From Candidatus Dojkabacteria bacterium (GTDB taxonomy: Bacteria > Patescibacteriota > Dojkabacteria > SC72), in assembly GCA_012513575.1 (NCBI GenBank), contig JAAZBX010000010.1:1-46168 (forward strand): DNA of 46,168 bases, in the 5' to 3' direction. Below are positions 1 to 10,167 of this stretch, one piece after another (the first letter of the stretch is position 1; each line of letters starts with the position of its first letter). The translations under genes and the position numbers were made by a program. The notes beneath the pieces are model-generated. The model searched no databases. It saw only the letters and a program-made list of their open reading frames with translations, and had not been told where the DNA came from.

Positions 1-1
1 A

Positions 2-733
2 GATTTTTATAGATCCTTTCTAGATGCAGAGATTAATGAGGTTTCCACAGTTAAGGTAGCAGAGTCAACTAAGATAGTAGAGAATGCTTTTAGAGATATT
101 AATATTGCATATGTTAATGAATTGGCAAAATCTTTTGATGCTATGGGTATTGATCTAATTGAGACATTGCAAGGTGCTTCTAACAAACCTTTCTCTTTTA
201 TGGCACATTGGCCAAGTAGGGGTGTTGGAGGGCATTGTATTGCAGTTGATCCATACTACTTAATTAAAAGAGCACAGGAGTCTGGTTTTGACCATAGATT
301 CTTGAAGATGGCCAGAGAGGTTAATAACAGTATGCCTGAATATACAGTATCTAGATTACAGGAAGGACTTAATGAGATAGAGAAGTCTGTAAAAGGAAGT
401 AAGATTGCTTTGTTAGGTCTTAGTTATAAATCTAATGTTGCAGATCTTAGAGAGAGTCCTAGTTTAGAGATTTTAGATATATTAAAGGAGATGGGAGCAA
501 AGGTGATATCCTATGACCCATATATTCCAGATATGTCAGATGTTAAATCATTAGAGGAGGTATTAGATAATGTAGATGGTATAATCCTAGGCACATATCA
601 TGATAAGTTTGGAGATTTAACAGAAGAGATACTTAAGAGAAAGAATATTAAGGTTGTTGTAGATGGGGTTAATAAGTTAGGTAAGGATGAGATAGGAAAT
701 AAGAAAGTGATATATAGAGGGATTGGGAGATAA
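2..733 (+). CDS. Nucleotide-sugar dehydrogenase (UDP-glucose/GDP-mannose dehydrogenase family, WecC/WbpA-like), 5' end outside the window
   Basis: The frame is open from position 2 (DFYRSFLDAEINEVSTVKVAESTKIVENAFRDINIAYVNELA). It contains the family motifs AESTKIVENAFRDINIA, GVGGHCIAVDP (catalytic Cys) and GLSYKSNVADLRESP. Confidence 0.93.
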   Translation, partial: DFYRSFLDAEINEVSTVKVAESTKIVENAFRDINIAYVNELAKSFDAMGIDLIETLQGASNKPFSFMAHWPSRGVGGHCIAVDPYYLIKRAQESGFDHRFLKMAREVNNSMPEYTVSRLQEGLNEIEKSVKGSKIALLGLSYKSNVADLRESPSLEILDILKEMGAKVISYDPYIPDMSDVKSLEEVLDNVDGIILGTYHDKFGDLTEEILKRKNIKVVVDGVNKLGKDEIGNKKVIYRGIGR

Positions 734-754
734 ATTAACTTGTTAAATATTTCT

Positions 755-1705
755 ATGAAACTACTAATATACATGCCTGCCCTTAATGAAGAAGAAGGTT
801 TGGGTGGGGTAATTAAAGACCTACCTAAAAAGATAGAGGGTATAGATGAGGTTAAGGTTTTAGTTGTTGATGACGGTAGTACGGATAGAACAGTTGAGAT
901 TGCTAAGGAAAATGGAGCAGATGTAATAAGTCATGGTACAAATAGAGGTGTAGGGAGTGCATTTCATAGTGCTGTAGAGTATGCATTGGATAACAGGGTA
1001 GACATATTAGTAAGTATAGATTCAGATAGGCAATTTAATAGCAAACAGATTCCAGATATCATTCAACCGATATTAAAAAATGAAGCAGATATGGTTACAG
1101 GTGACAGATTCCATAGTGGGATACCAGAGAACATGTCAAAAACAAAATATTGGGGTAATCAACAGATGTCAAGGTTAATATCTTTAATTAGTGGAAAGAA
1201 GTTTAGGGATGTATCGTGTGGTTTTAGGGCATACAATAGGGAAGCTCTGTTAAAGTTAAACCTTTTAGGTTCTTTTACATATACTCAAGAAACCATTATG
1301 GATATGGTATTTAAAGAGATGAGGGTTATTGAATATCCAGTAGATATTAAATATTTTAAGGAGAGGAAATCTAGGGTAGCAAACAGTATTCTGAACTATA
1401 TGTTTAGAACTCTTAAGATTATTATTAGAACTCTTAGAGACTACAAACCTATGTTGTTCTTCGGAGGTATGGGGGGAATTATGTTGTTAATGGGATTGGG
1501 ATTTGAAGTATTTCTCTTTGTACACTACTTTACTAAAGGTATGTTTTCTCCGTATAAGTCTGTTGGGTTTATAGGGTTAGGTTTTTTGGTTTTTGGCTTA
1601 CTTGTTTTTATAGTTGGTTTATTGGCGGATATGTTTAATAGGGTTAGGGTTAATCAAGAGAAAATACTTTATGAATTAAAAAAGGAAAAGTATGAAAACA
1701 AGTAA
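755..1705 (+). CDS. GT2 glycosyltransferase, DPM1-like polyprenol-phosphate sugar synthase with two C-terminal TM helices
   Basis: Motifs MPALNEEE, VVDDGSTD, DSDRQF (DxD-like) and DVSCGFRAY, plus a hydrophobic C-terminal pair. ATG at 755 is preferred over TTG at 740. Confidence 0.9.
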   Translation: MKLLIYMPALNEEEGLGGVIKDLPKKIEGIDEVKVLVVDDGSTDRTVEIAKENGADVISHGTNRGVGSAFHSAVEYALDNRVDILVSIDSDRQFNSKQIPDIIQPILKNEADMVTGDRFHSGIPENMSKTKYWGNQQMSRLISLISGKKFRDVSCGFRAYNREALLKLNLLGSFTYTQETIMDMVFKEMRVIEYPVDIKYFKERKSRVANSILNYMFRTLKIIIRTLRDYKPMLFFGGMGGIMLLMGLGFEVFLFVHYFTKGMFSPYKSVGFIGLGFLVFGLLVFIVGLLADMFNRVRVNQEKILYELKKEKYENK

Positions 1706-1958
1706 GAAACCTATCTATATAATTCTTGGGACAAGAGCTCAGTTTATCAAAATGGCTCCAATTATGGCTGAGATGGGCAAGAGGAATCTCTCGTACACCT
1801 TAATATATACAGCTCAACACAGAGAGAATGTTGTTTTATCTGTGTTTGATAAGAAATTGATGTATGACTTTGTAGATAACTATAAAGATTGCAAGAGAGG
1901 AGCTCTGTTTAGTAAGATACATCCTAGTGGGAGGGTTGTTGTTTTAAATTTAGTATAA
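1692..1958 (+). pseudogene. wecB: UDP-N-acetylglucosamine 2-epimerase remnant (N- and C-termini joined by an in-frame internal deletion)
   Basis: The N-terminus IILGTRAQFIKMAPIM...YTAQHRE matches the WecB start (GTRPEAIKMAP...TAQHRE). It runs directly into NVVLSVFDKK...HPSGRVV, which resembles the C-terminus of such epimerases. The ORF is 88 aa against roughly 350-380 aa for the family. Confidence 0.75.
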
Positions 1959-1965
1959 AAGATGT

Positions 1966-2571
1966 ATGAGAGAGTTTACTGAAAAATATACACAAAGTGG
2001 AAAGATAGGGAACATGCTCTTGGATAATTATTTTAAAGCTATAGATAAATTACTTAAGAAAATAGATAAGGAAGAAATACAAAACTTTAGAGTTCTTGAA
2101 GTTGGTTGTGGTGCTGGTTATTCAACAAAGAGAATTAGAGATATGCTCCCTAAAGGCGTGGATTTTTCCGCTTCTGATTTTGAGAAAGAGAACGTGGCAG
2201 AGGCCAAGAAGAATCTAGGTGAAGCTTTTGTTGTAACAGAGGAAGATATATATAATTTGGAAAGAAAAGATAAGTCAATAGATCTAATCTTTTTATTAGA
2301 AGTTATGGAACATCTTCAATCTCCTAATGATGCATTAGCAGAGCTAAAGAGGGTTGGGAAAAAGTATGTGATAATAGGTGTACCAAGGGAGCCAATTTGG
2401 AGGATATTAAATATGTTACGTTTGAAGTATTGGAGTAGTCTAGGTAATACCCCTGGCCATATACAGCATTGGAGTAAAACATCTCTTTTGAAGTTTCTTA
2501 AGAGTAGAGGGTTCGAAGTAGTTGCTGTTGAAAATCCTCTTCCTTGGAGCATAGTTTTAGTAAGGATATAA
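1966..2571 (+). CDS. Class I SAM-dependent methyltransferase
   Basis: VLEVGCGAGY motif I and DLIFLLEVMEHL motif. Confidence 0.9.
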   Translation: MREFTEKYTQSGKIGNMLLDNYFKAIDKLLKKIDKEEIQNFRVLEVGCGAGYSTKRIRDMLPKGVDFSASDFEKENVAEAKKNLGEAFVVTEEDIYNLERKDKSIDLIFLLEVMEHLQSPNDALAELKRVGKKYVIIGVPREPIWRILNMLRLKYWSSLGNTPGHIQHWSKTSLLKFLKSRGFEVVAVENPLPWSIVLVRI

Positions 2572-2626
2572 TTAGGGAGGTTATGTTTTTTATATAAGAT
2601 ATTTTTCTAGAATAATAAAAGGTTTA

Positions 2627-3577
2627 CTGAAGCATATAAAAATTGTAGTTACGATAGGTATTCTGGGTTTCTTTATTTACTATTTTATTAACAATAAAGA
2701 AGACCTTCTGAAAGTATTGTCTGTACAGCCTCTTCTTCTATTAGGGATTCTTATTTTTTATAGCATTATATTTTATCTTAATGGTATTTTTATAAAGGTT
2801 ATTTTAAAATCATTTAATAAGAAGATATCCATACTAGAATCATTCTATGTGTCAATAATATCTTCTTTAGGTAATTACTTTTTACCTATGCGGGGCGGTG
2901 CTGTGATTAGGTCTGTATATTTAAAAAAGAAATTTGAATTTTCATATGAGCATTTTGTATCTACCTTATATGGCTATTATATTATAGTTTTCTTGGTTAA
3001 CGCTTTTGTTGGTTTAGTATCATTGATTGTTATCACAATTAAATATGATGTTGTATCTATACCGTTATATCTTTTCTTTGGTGGACTTTTTGTAAGTATG
3101 TTAGTACTAAGTTTTATTAAATTCCCTGTAAAAAAAATCAAAGGTAGTAAGAATAAGATAGTGGATAAGGTTTTGAGTATTATTAGAAATATATTAGATG
3201 GTTGGAATATGATTGTAGAGAATAAGAGGTTGTTAGTTTCTTTGATATTAATAACCTTGATAGCGTTTGTTGTAGGGGTTGGTTTGTTTTATATTGAATT
3301 TAAAGCTCTAGGTATAGATGTTACTGTTATTAAGGTTCTTCTTTATAATTGTTTGTCAGGCGTTTCTTTATTAGTAAGTATTACTCCTGGATCTTTAGGT
3401 ATTAGAGAGGGGATATTTTCTATAACATCTGATATACTTGGCATTAGTAATGAACAGATTATGCAATTAGCATTATTGGATAGGGGGGTAATGTTATCAT
3501 GTTTGGTGGGGTTGTTTGTGGGGTTATGGGCTTTGATGGGTATAATTAAGAGAAAACTCTCCGTATCAAGTAAATAG
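2627..3577 (+). CDS. UPF0104 / lysylphosphatidylglycerol-synthase-TM family flippase-like membrane protein; start uncertain
   Basis: Multi-TM protein with GNYFLPMRGGAVIRSVYLK and SITPGSLGIREG motifs. The frame is open from 2576. The first TM helix (KHIKIVVTIGILGFFIYYF) lies upstream of the TTG at 2717, so a CTG start at 2627 is proposed. Confidence 0.75.
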   Translation: MKHIKIVVTIGILGFFIYYFINNKEDLLKVLSVQPLLLLGILIFYSIIFYLNGIFIKVILKSFNKKISILESFYVSIISSLGNYFLPMRGGAVIRSVYLKKKFEFSYEHFVSTLYGYYIIVFLVNAFVGLVSLIVITIKYDVVSIPLYLFFGGLFVSMLVLSFIKFPVKKIKGSKNKIVDKVLSIIRNILDGWNMIVENKRLLVSLILITLIAFVVGVGLFYIEFKALGIDVTVIKVLLYNCLSGVSLLVSITPGSLGIREGIFSITSDILGISNEQIMQLALLDRGVMLSCLVGLFVGLWALMGIIKRKLSVSSK

Positions 3578-3591
3578 AAAGATTTGAAGAT

Positions 3592-6426
3592 ATGTATGAT
3601 AAAAAGATTTTTTGGAAGAAAATAAAAGGATTCTTTCTAAAGAATAAAAAAATAGTATTGAGAATTATCTTGGTTTTATTGGTCGTATTGGTCTTCATAT
3701 TGTTTTTCAACGAATTTTTTCTAAAGGGGAAGTACATAAGTGCAGGGGCATTTCTTTATATCTGGTATCCATGGGCGACTGTAAAACCATCTTTTATTGA
3801 AGGTGTAAGGAATGCAATTGTTTCAGATTGGGTGGATTATTGGGTCGCTGGTTTCTCATATGTGAAAAATGCTAGTCTTAATTCGCTTATAGATGGTTAT
3901 AACGTAAGATCTAGCTGGGGAATGCCAGCTTCAAGTATAATGGGAATTGTAAGTATTCATGAGCCACTTATGTTGATTTTAGTAAAGTCCTTTGGTGAGT
4001 TCTTGGGCTCTACATTACTGTTTATTATAAAACCTTTCATAGGTTTTATTGGAATGCTTCTGTTATCGAAAAAATTGAATATTCATAAATTTGTCGCCCT
4101 TGTTGGTTCTGCAGCTTTTGCATTTAGTATACCAGTAATATCCTATACTTATGGAAGTGCTATTATAGGGACTATTGCACTACCGTTTATTTTTTATGCA
4201 TGTCTTCGTCTAGAAGAAGAATTTAGTCCTATGAATGTATTGCTCTATATCCTTCCCGTTATTTGGCTTCTAACCTGTGCTTTTCCTTCTTCGATTATGT
4301 ATGGAGTTATATTCTCTTTCTTCTTTTTCATAACCCTAATTATTTTTAAACAGGGGATGGAGAAGAAGAAGAAGATAGGAATTATTATGTTATTTGCTAT
4401 TATAAATATTCTTATTTTAGGACTTTGGGCATGGAGTTTACTTCCTAATTTTGTTAATCTAAGGGCGTTTGATTTGGATTATAGAGGAGCTCACGGTCTT
4501 AAGAAATTAGCAAAGCAACATTTTTTACAATGGATATATCCCAACTATTGTGGTAATGGAACATCAATTACTTGGATTTGTGGCTCTAACTGGATAGAAA
4601 CTTCTATGTCATCAGGCTTCGTTTCATTGTTGATGCTCTTTTTTGGTTCACCTTGGATATTTTTGAAAAGTAGAAGAAAAGATAAATACAAATTATTCAG
4701 CTTTCTTTTTGTCATTATTATAATTTTTTGCCTTATTTTCAATCTCTTTAATATCAATAATTTGCTTTCTAAACTTCCGATTTTCTCAATTACTCCTAAT
4801 ACTAGACTGGTTTTTCTTCTTCCATTTTTTGTTTCTCTTGCAGGTATATTCTCCTTCTCGCATATAGTAAACGCATTTACAAAGAAAGAGAATCAAAAGA
4901 AAATAATTAAAATCTGGATAATCTCAGGGATAGGTATCTTAGGAACGTTCATGTTTTATAGTAATGGTATCATTAAGCATCTAAGACTTATGGATAGAGG
5001 TATCCTTAAACAGGACTTTATTCATTTTCTTCTTGTTGCAATAGTAGCTATGATACTAATACTTGCAACATTATATATTAAGAAGAAGCATTGGAAGGCA
5101 GTTTTTTTAGTTGCATTGTGTTTTCTTAGTGCATTTGATTTGTACTATTACAATTCCAAATTCCTACCTTATCAGAAAAAAGAAGAAATCTTTCCAATAA
5201 CAGAAGGGATAGAGTATTTACAGGATAACATGGAGAAGCAAGATAGAATGTTTGCAATAGAAAGAGTTTTTTTGCCAAATACGAACTATTATTACGGTAT
5301 TAATTCTTTAACAGGACATGATTGGAGGACAAAAGCTTTTAATGAAGCAATGCAACCAATAGAAAATGGTATATTTGCAAAAGCAGGTACGATGCAATTT
5401 TTTAGTAGGGAAAAAGTTTTACTTTCTTCTCCAGGGTTAAAGAATTATTTACGATTTAATAGGGTCAAATACATTGTACAAGCACCTTCATCCCTAGGCC
5501 CTGATACTGATCCGCTATTTCTTCAACCATATGTGAGTGACTATATATCTATTGAGAAACCAATTAAATATACGATTACATTGGATCGAGAAGAAGTTCT
5601 TCAATTTATCGAGTTAAATGGTCAATGTGATGTCAATTATAAAGAAATTTTCAAAGCAGAGGATATCAAAATAACCGTTATTGATGAGGAGTCAAAATCT
5701 ACAGTTCTTCCTATACTAGATTTAAAGTCTTCTTGTTCTGTTAATAATAATATACTTCAAATTCAAACACCAAGGATACCTTTAATAGAAGGTTCTAAAA
5801 TAGAGTTAGAAATAGCAAATTCAAGGAATTGGAAACTAGCTGTATACTCTCTTAGAGATTTAAGGAAAGAGACAACGTTGGAAGGTCGTAATGACATTTT
5901 TGAATTAGTAGGTAGGATATATTCTGAGAGTGAGAACGTAGATGTATACAAAGAAGTATATAATAAAGGAGATTTATTAATTCATGAGATTTCGGATCAA
6001 ACATCTACAGCCTATTTTTATTCTTGCAGTGGATTTGACAAGAACGAATGTATTAAGAAGTTAAAGGATTTCAAGATAGAAAACCCAAAAGATTTAACTC
6101 AGTTTAATGACATTTTTGAAGAGTTTGAAGAAGTACCATTTATTGATTATTCAGAGGGTAAGATGTCTCTAGATACTTCTAAGCTTAATAGTAGTGGGGT
6201 TATCATTTTAACGGATAATTATTTTAAGGGTTGGGGCAGCAAGGAGGGGGAAGTTTTCCAAGGGTTTATAGGTAGCTTAAATGTGTTTGTTGAAAACCCT
6301 ATAGATGTAGTTAAATTAACTTATACTAACGAGTATCTTTTGCCAGGTATAGTAATTTCATTTCTATCCACAGGTATTCTTGCAGGTGTTTTATTGATAG
6401 TAAGAAAGAAAAAGCTATTTTTGTAA
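3592..6426 (+). CDS. YfhO-family polytopic membrane protein (GT-C-type glycosyltransferase candidate)
   Basis: 944 aa with many N-terminal TM helices, a large soluble domain, the DNYFKGW motif (YfhO-like D.Y.PGW) and a terminal TM helix. Confidence 0.75.
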   Translation: MYDKKIFWKKIKGFFLKNKKIVLRIILVLLVVLVFILFFNEFFLKGKYISAGAFLYIWYPWATVKPSFIEGVRNAIVSDWVDYWVAGFSYVKNASLNSLIDGYNVRSSWGMPASSIMGIVSIHEPLMLILVKSFGEFLGSTLLFIIKPFIGFIGMLLLSKKLNIHKFVALVGSAAFAFSIPVISYTYGSAIIGTIALPFIFYACLRLEEEFSPMNVLLYILPVIWLLTCAFPSSIMYGVIFSFFFFITLIIFKQGMEKKKKIGIIMLFAIINILILGLWAWSLLPNFVNLRAFDLDYRGAHGLKKLAKQHFLQWIYPNYCGNGTSITWICGSNWIETSMSSGFVSLLMLFFGSPWIFLKSRRKDKYKLFSFLFVIIIIFCLIFNLFNINNLLSKLPIFSITPNTRLVFLLPFFVSLAGIFSFSHIVNAFTKKENQKKIIKIWIISGIGILGTFMFYSNGIIKHLRLMDRGILKQDFIHFLLVAIVAMILILATLYIKKKHWKAVFLVALCFLSAFDLYYYNSKFLPYQKKEEIFPITEGIEYLQDNMEKQDRMFAIERVFLPNTNYYYGINSLTGHDWRTKAFNEAMQPIENGIFAKAGTMQFFSREKVLLSSPGLKNYLRFNRVKYIVQAPSSLGPDTDPLFLQPYVSDYISIEKPIKYTITLDREEVLQFIELNGQCDVNYKEIFKAEDIKITVIDEESKSTVLPILDLKSSCSVNNNILQIQTPRIPLIEGSKIELEIANSRNWKLAVYSLRDLRKETTLEGRNDIFELVGRIYSESENVDVYKEVYNKGDLLIHEISDQTSTAYFYSCSGFDKNECIKKLKDFKIENPKDLTQFNDIFEEFEEVPFIDYSEGKMSLDTSKLNSSGVIILTDNYFKGWGSKEGEVFQGFIGSLNVFVENPIDVVKLTYTNEYLLPGIVISFLSTGILAGVLLIVRKKKLFL

Positions 6427-7365
6427 TAATTCTCTAATCTTTCTTACGAATTTAACAACAGTATTTTTTAATATTTTATTATTAATAGCTCTATTCCATA
6501 TTTTATACCCAGGGTTTTCAGTAATTTTTTCAAGTTGTTTTTTCTTTTCATTTTCAAATAACTCTTCATAAAAACTTTTAATGGGTGCCAAATCTACACT
6601 TTTGACAGTTATCTCTTTCTCTTTGAAATAATCATCAGTTATTTCCCTTGACTCAAGCCATTTTCCGTAATTCTCTTCATTATATGTATCAGTATGATCA
6701 TTTCTCCTTTTATACTCAGAAACAAGTGTTTCTAATTGAACAAAAGAAAATTCTTTTTTGAACATTAGTTGCTTCAAAAAATGCCAATCCTCTAAATAAT
6801 CCATTTCCTCATTAAATTGTATTCCTTCTAAGAGTGATCTCTTGACAACAAAAGTGTTAAAGGGGATGAAGTTTTCTAAGATTAATAATGATTTTGAAAA
6901 TTCCTGATATGCTCTTTTAGATTTTGAAACTTTATACAAGTATTCTTCTCCTGAGATGTTTTTTTCTAATCTCTCTATAACATCAATACTCCTTCCGAAT
7001 GCGAATGTCTTATTCTTTTCCTCCATAGCATTTATTAATGTTGTTCCCATGTTAGGGTAGTATATATCATCATCATCTAGGAACGATATATATTCACAAT
7101 CTAAATTTTCTAGTGCTACATTTAATGGGTATGACCTATTTCCTTGCTTCTCTCTTACAACAATTGGTTTGATATTAAGCATCTCCCGATAAGGTTTCAA
7201 GAAAGCAATTGTATTTTCTATTGATTTCTCGTTATCGCTATGTATTGTTAACAAGACTGACAGATTCTCATATGTTTGTGCAATCAAAGAGTTAAGAGTA
7301 TTCTTTAACTCTAAATCTACCTCTTTACCTTGTGTTCTGACTATTACAGTCCATTTTTTTACCAT
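6415..7365 (-). CDS. GT2 glycosyltransferase
   Basis: VIVRTQG, RSYPLNVAL, SFLDDDD (DxD), NFIPFN and LEDWHF motifs, with a basic amphipathic C-terminus. Confidence 0.88.
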   Translation of the reverse strand: MVKKWTVIVRTQGKEVDLELKNTLNSLIAQTYENLSVLLTIHSDNEKSIENTIAFLKPYREMLNIKPIVVREKQGNRSYPLNVALENLDCEYISFLDDDDIYYPNMGTTLINAMEEKNKTFAFGRSIDVIERLEKNISGEEYLYKVSKSKRAYQEFSKSLLILENFIPFNTFVVKRSLLEGIQFNEEMDYLEDWHFLKQLMFKKEFSFVQLETLVSEYKRRNDHTDTYNEENYGKWLESREITDDYFKEKEITVKSVDLAPIKSFYEELFENEKKKQLEKITENPGYKIWNRAINNKILKNTVVKFVRKIRELLQK

Positions 7366-8265
7366 TTATAAAACCCATCTAAAGTTAGTATAGTCTTGAT
7401 TTTTATCAACAAAATCTTTGTAGAAAGTTCTCTTCTTAAGCTTTCTTCTCATTGATTTATACTTCTTTACAATTTCTTCAAAATGAGGGTCTTCCTCCCC
7501 AAACAATTTCATATATGCTTTAACATCAGAATCTTTAGCAAACTTATATCGCAAATATAACTCTGCTGCCTGCTTATTTACTCTTGTAAAATCACTTTCT
7601 TTTGATATGTCGGTATCTTTTGTTAAGTGTGTAAATTTAGCATTAGGGAGCGTTAATACCAGATAATGTGCTATACGCATACGTATTGACAGGTCTACAT
7701 CTTCTCCGTACATGAATATATTCTCATCAAACATCCCAACCTTTTTAAAAGCATTACAATTTATTATCGTGCCAGCTCCTGAAGCCCAGTTGGTTTCTAA
7801 GGTTACCGGATTATAACTCTTAGGATTCTCGCTCGGAAATTGCTTGAGTTCCAGTAGCCCCCATCTAATATCCTTAAGACTGTCTAAGTATCGTGAGATA
7901 TTTATTATAAGGTCGGAATGTAGAATACTGTCTGGGTTTAGGATTATAAAAAAATCTTTATAAACTTTCTTGTTTTTCCTATATATTTCATTATGGCCTT
8001 TACCAAAACCGTAATTCCTTTGTTTGGATAATTTCAAACTAATACCATTTATCTCTTTAAAGTTCTTCCATTCTTTTAAGACTTTATTATATTCATTCTC
8101 ATTCTCTGATTGATCGACTAGAAAAAAACAAACCTTCTGATCTTTCACATCTAAGTTTTTGATGCTACTTAAAAGTTTAGGCAAATGGCCAGAGGAGAAA
8201 TATAGAATGATTTGTATGTTAATTATATTCTCTTTCATCACATCTTGATGTTTCCATTTTATCAT
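7366..8265 (-). CDS. GT2 glycosyltransferase (rhamnosyltransferase-like)
   Basis: NYGFGKGHN, ILNPDS, WASGAG and FDENIFMYGEDVDLSIR motifs. Confidence 0.88.
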   Translation of the reverse strand: MIKWKHQDVMKENIINIQIILYFSSGHLPKLLSSIKNLDVKDQKVCFFLVDQSENENEYNKVLKEWKNFKEINGISLKLSKQRNYGFGKGHNEIYRKNKKVYKDFFIILNPDSILHSDLIINISRYLDSLKDIRWGLLELKQFPSENPKSYNPVTLETNWASGAGTIINCNAFKKVGMFDENIFMYGEDVDLSIRMRIAHYLVLTLPNAKFTHLTKDTDISKESDFTRVNKQAAELYLRYKFAKDSDVKAYMKLFGEEDPHFEEIVKKYKSMRRKLKKRTFYKDFVDKNQDYTNFRWVL

Positions 8266-8319
8266 ATATTGTATATTATATATCTAATGAATCTTAATTC
8301 AGATTAACAGACCATTTTT

Positions 8320-10167
8320 ATGAAGGTAGTTTTTCAAGATTTTATAGGGTGGAAAGATAAACCTCATGCAGAGAGGGAACTAGGCTATAGGATGGAGAAT
8401 GCAGCCAAGAAAATAGGGGTAGAAGGTCTTTATACAGATGATTACGATAAGATTGAGAAATTTAAACCAGATATTGTATTCCCTCTTCATCATTTTACAC
8501 CAAAGTTATTTGATGCATATACAATAGGGTGTATGTGGAATCCAGCAGACTTTATACTGGAAGCAGACAGGGCAGATGGGGTTTACCCTCTTGAAAATAT
8601 AAAGTCCTATGATGCTTTTGCAGTTGCATCTGCCCAAATAAAAAATTTTCTATCAAGCTTATGCTTCAAATCGCCCTTTAAGAGAGAGATTTATGAAATA
8701 TATCCTACCTCTACATATTCTAAATATTCTCCTGTATCTGATTTTAAAAAGGTCACCTATATTGGTTCGAACTGGCAATTAAAGAGACATAGTGAATTGT
8801 TTCTAAAGAGTGATAAGATTGCAGTTTATGGCCCCAGAAAAAACTGGGAATATATTATCAATGAGGGCAGAAATTATTGTGGTGAAGTACCGTTTGGTTT
8901 TAGTTATGTACGTAATGTTTATAGGAGTAACGGTATAGGATTATGTTTTCACGGAGAAAATCATCTTAAGGAGAACATCCCTAATATGAGAGTTTTCGAA
9001 ATGGCGGCATCAGGTGTATTAATCTTTGCTGACAAACTACCGTTTATTGAAGAACACTTTGGTGATTCTGTCAGATATATTGATACAAGCCAAGACACTG
9101 AATCGATAATAGAACAGATAGATTATCAATATAACTGGGTCCTAAAAAACAAATCAAAAGCAAAGGAGATGGCTGTACATGCTAACGAGATTTTTAATAA
9201 AAACTTTACTTTAGAGAAACTACTAAAGGATATTTTTGCATCTTACGAAGGGAGATCACAGTTGTCTTCTTTAAAAGAGCAAAAGTCTTCTGTCGAAATT
9301 ATTGTTCGTACTGATGGAAATAGACCTAGATTACAACATTCAATTGAGTCTTTTGCTAGTCAGATTTATAAAAACCTTATAATAACTTTTGTATATTGGG
9401 GTAACAATAAAAAAGAGTTTGAAAAGAAAATAGCAGAGATAGTACCTACTATTTTAAGATATAGAATTCTAGAAATGAAGGGAAGAAAAGATAGGAGCTT
9501 TAATTTGTATCACGGTATTAGTTCTTCAACTGCAGATTTTATTGGTATATGTGATGATGATGATATCTTATTTAAAGATCACATTAGTTCTTTGGTTAAG
9601 ATGTTAGAGCAAGATAAAGAACTAGCTGTAGCATATTCAGGTGTAATTATGAATGAAATCTCTAAGAGAGGGAATAACAGAGAATTGTTTTTCTTCCATG
9701 ACTTTAGCCATTTCAATGAAAAGAGTTATATAACTAGCAACAGCTACCTTGTAAGAAGGACTAAACTTCCTCATCAGATATTTGGGAATGAAATTCCCAA
9801 TGTATCTACAGGTGAAGACAGAATGTTTTTAGATTTAATATACTTTGATAAAGGTAAGTTCGCTTTCTCGGAGAGGTCAACATCATTGTTTTTTAGGGAT
9901 TTAGTTCACCAGGACAATATTAGTAGTAATATTAAGGAATGGAAAAAGAATCAATCCTTCTATAAAGCTTTTTTAAAAGAGTCCTCTCTTGAGAAGGACT
10001 ACCTTCATTATTGGAGTAAAGCGAAGAAAGTGCAGGAAGAGCCTGAAAAAGAATCTAAGAGAGTTACTATCTTGAAGAAGATTTTTGAGAAATTAATACC
10101 TTTTAGAATTAGGAGATTTATTCTTCTTCTAGTAAAACAGTTAGTTCAAAGCTCCGAAAAGATTTAA
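8320..10167 (+). CDS. Two-domain glycosyltransferase (N-terminal GT-B CgeB/Glyco_trans_1_2-like domain plus C-terminal GT2 domain)
   Basis: N-terminal NMRVFEMAASG motif; C-terminal IIVRTDG, GICDDDD and GED motifs; amphipathic basic tail. Confidence 0.82.
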   Translation: MKVVFQDFIGWKDKPHAERELGYRMENAAKKIGVEGLYTDDYDKIEKFKPDIVFPLHHFTPKLFDAYTIGCMWNPADFILEADRADGVYPLENIKSYDAFAVASAQIKNFLSSLCFKSPFKREIYEIYPTSTYSKYSPVSDFKKVTYIGSNWQLKRHSELFLKSDKIAVYGPRKNWEYIINEGRNYCGEVPFGFSYVRNVYRSNGIGLCFHGENHLKENIPNMRVFEMAASGVLIFADKLPFIEEHFGDSVRYIDTSQDTESIIEQIDYQYNWVLKNKSKAKEMAVHANEIFNKNFTLEKLLKDIFASYEGRSQLSSLKEQKSSVEIIVRTDGNRPRLQHSIESFASQIYKNLIITFVYWGNNKKEFEKKIAEIVPTILRYRILEMKGRKDRSFNLYHGISSSTADFIGICDDDDILFKDHISSLVKMLEQDKELAVAYSGVIMNEISKRGNNRELFFFHDFSHFNEKSYITSNSYLVRRTKLPHQIFGNEIPNVSTGEDRMFLDLIYFDKGKFAFSERSTSLFFRDLVHQDNISSNIKEWKKNQSFYKAFLKESSLEKDYLHYWSKAKKVQEEPEKESKRVTILKKIFEKLIPFRIRRFILLLVKQLVQSSEKI

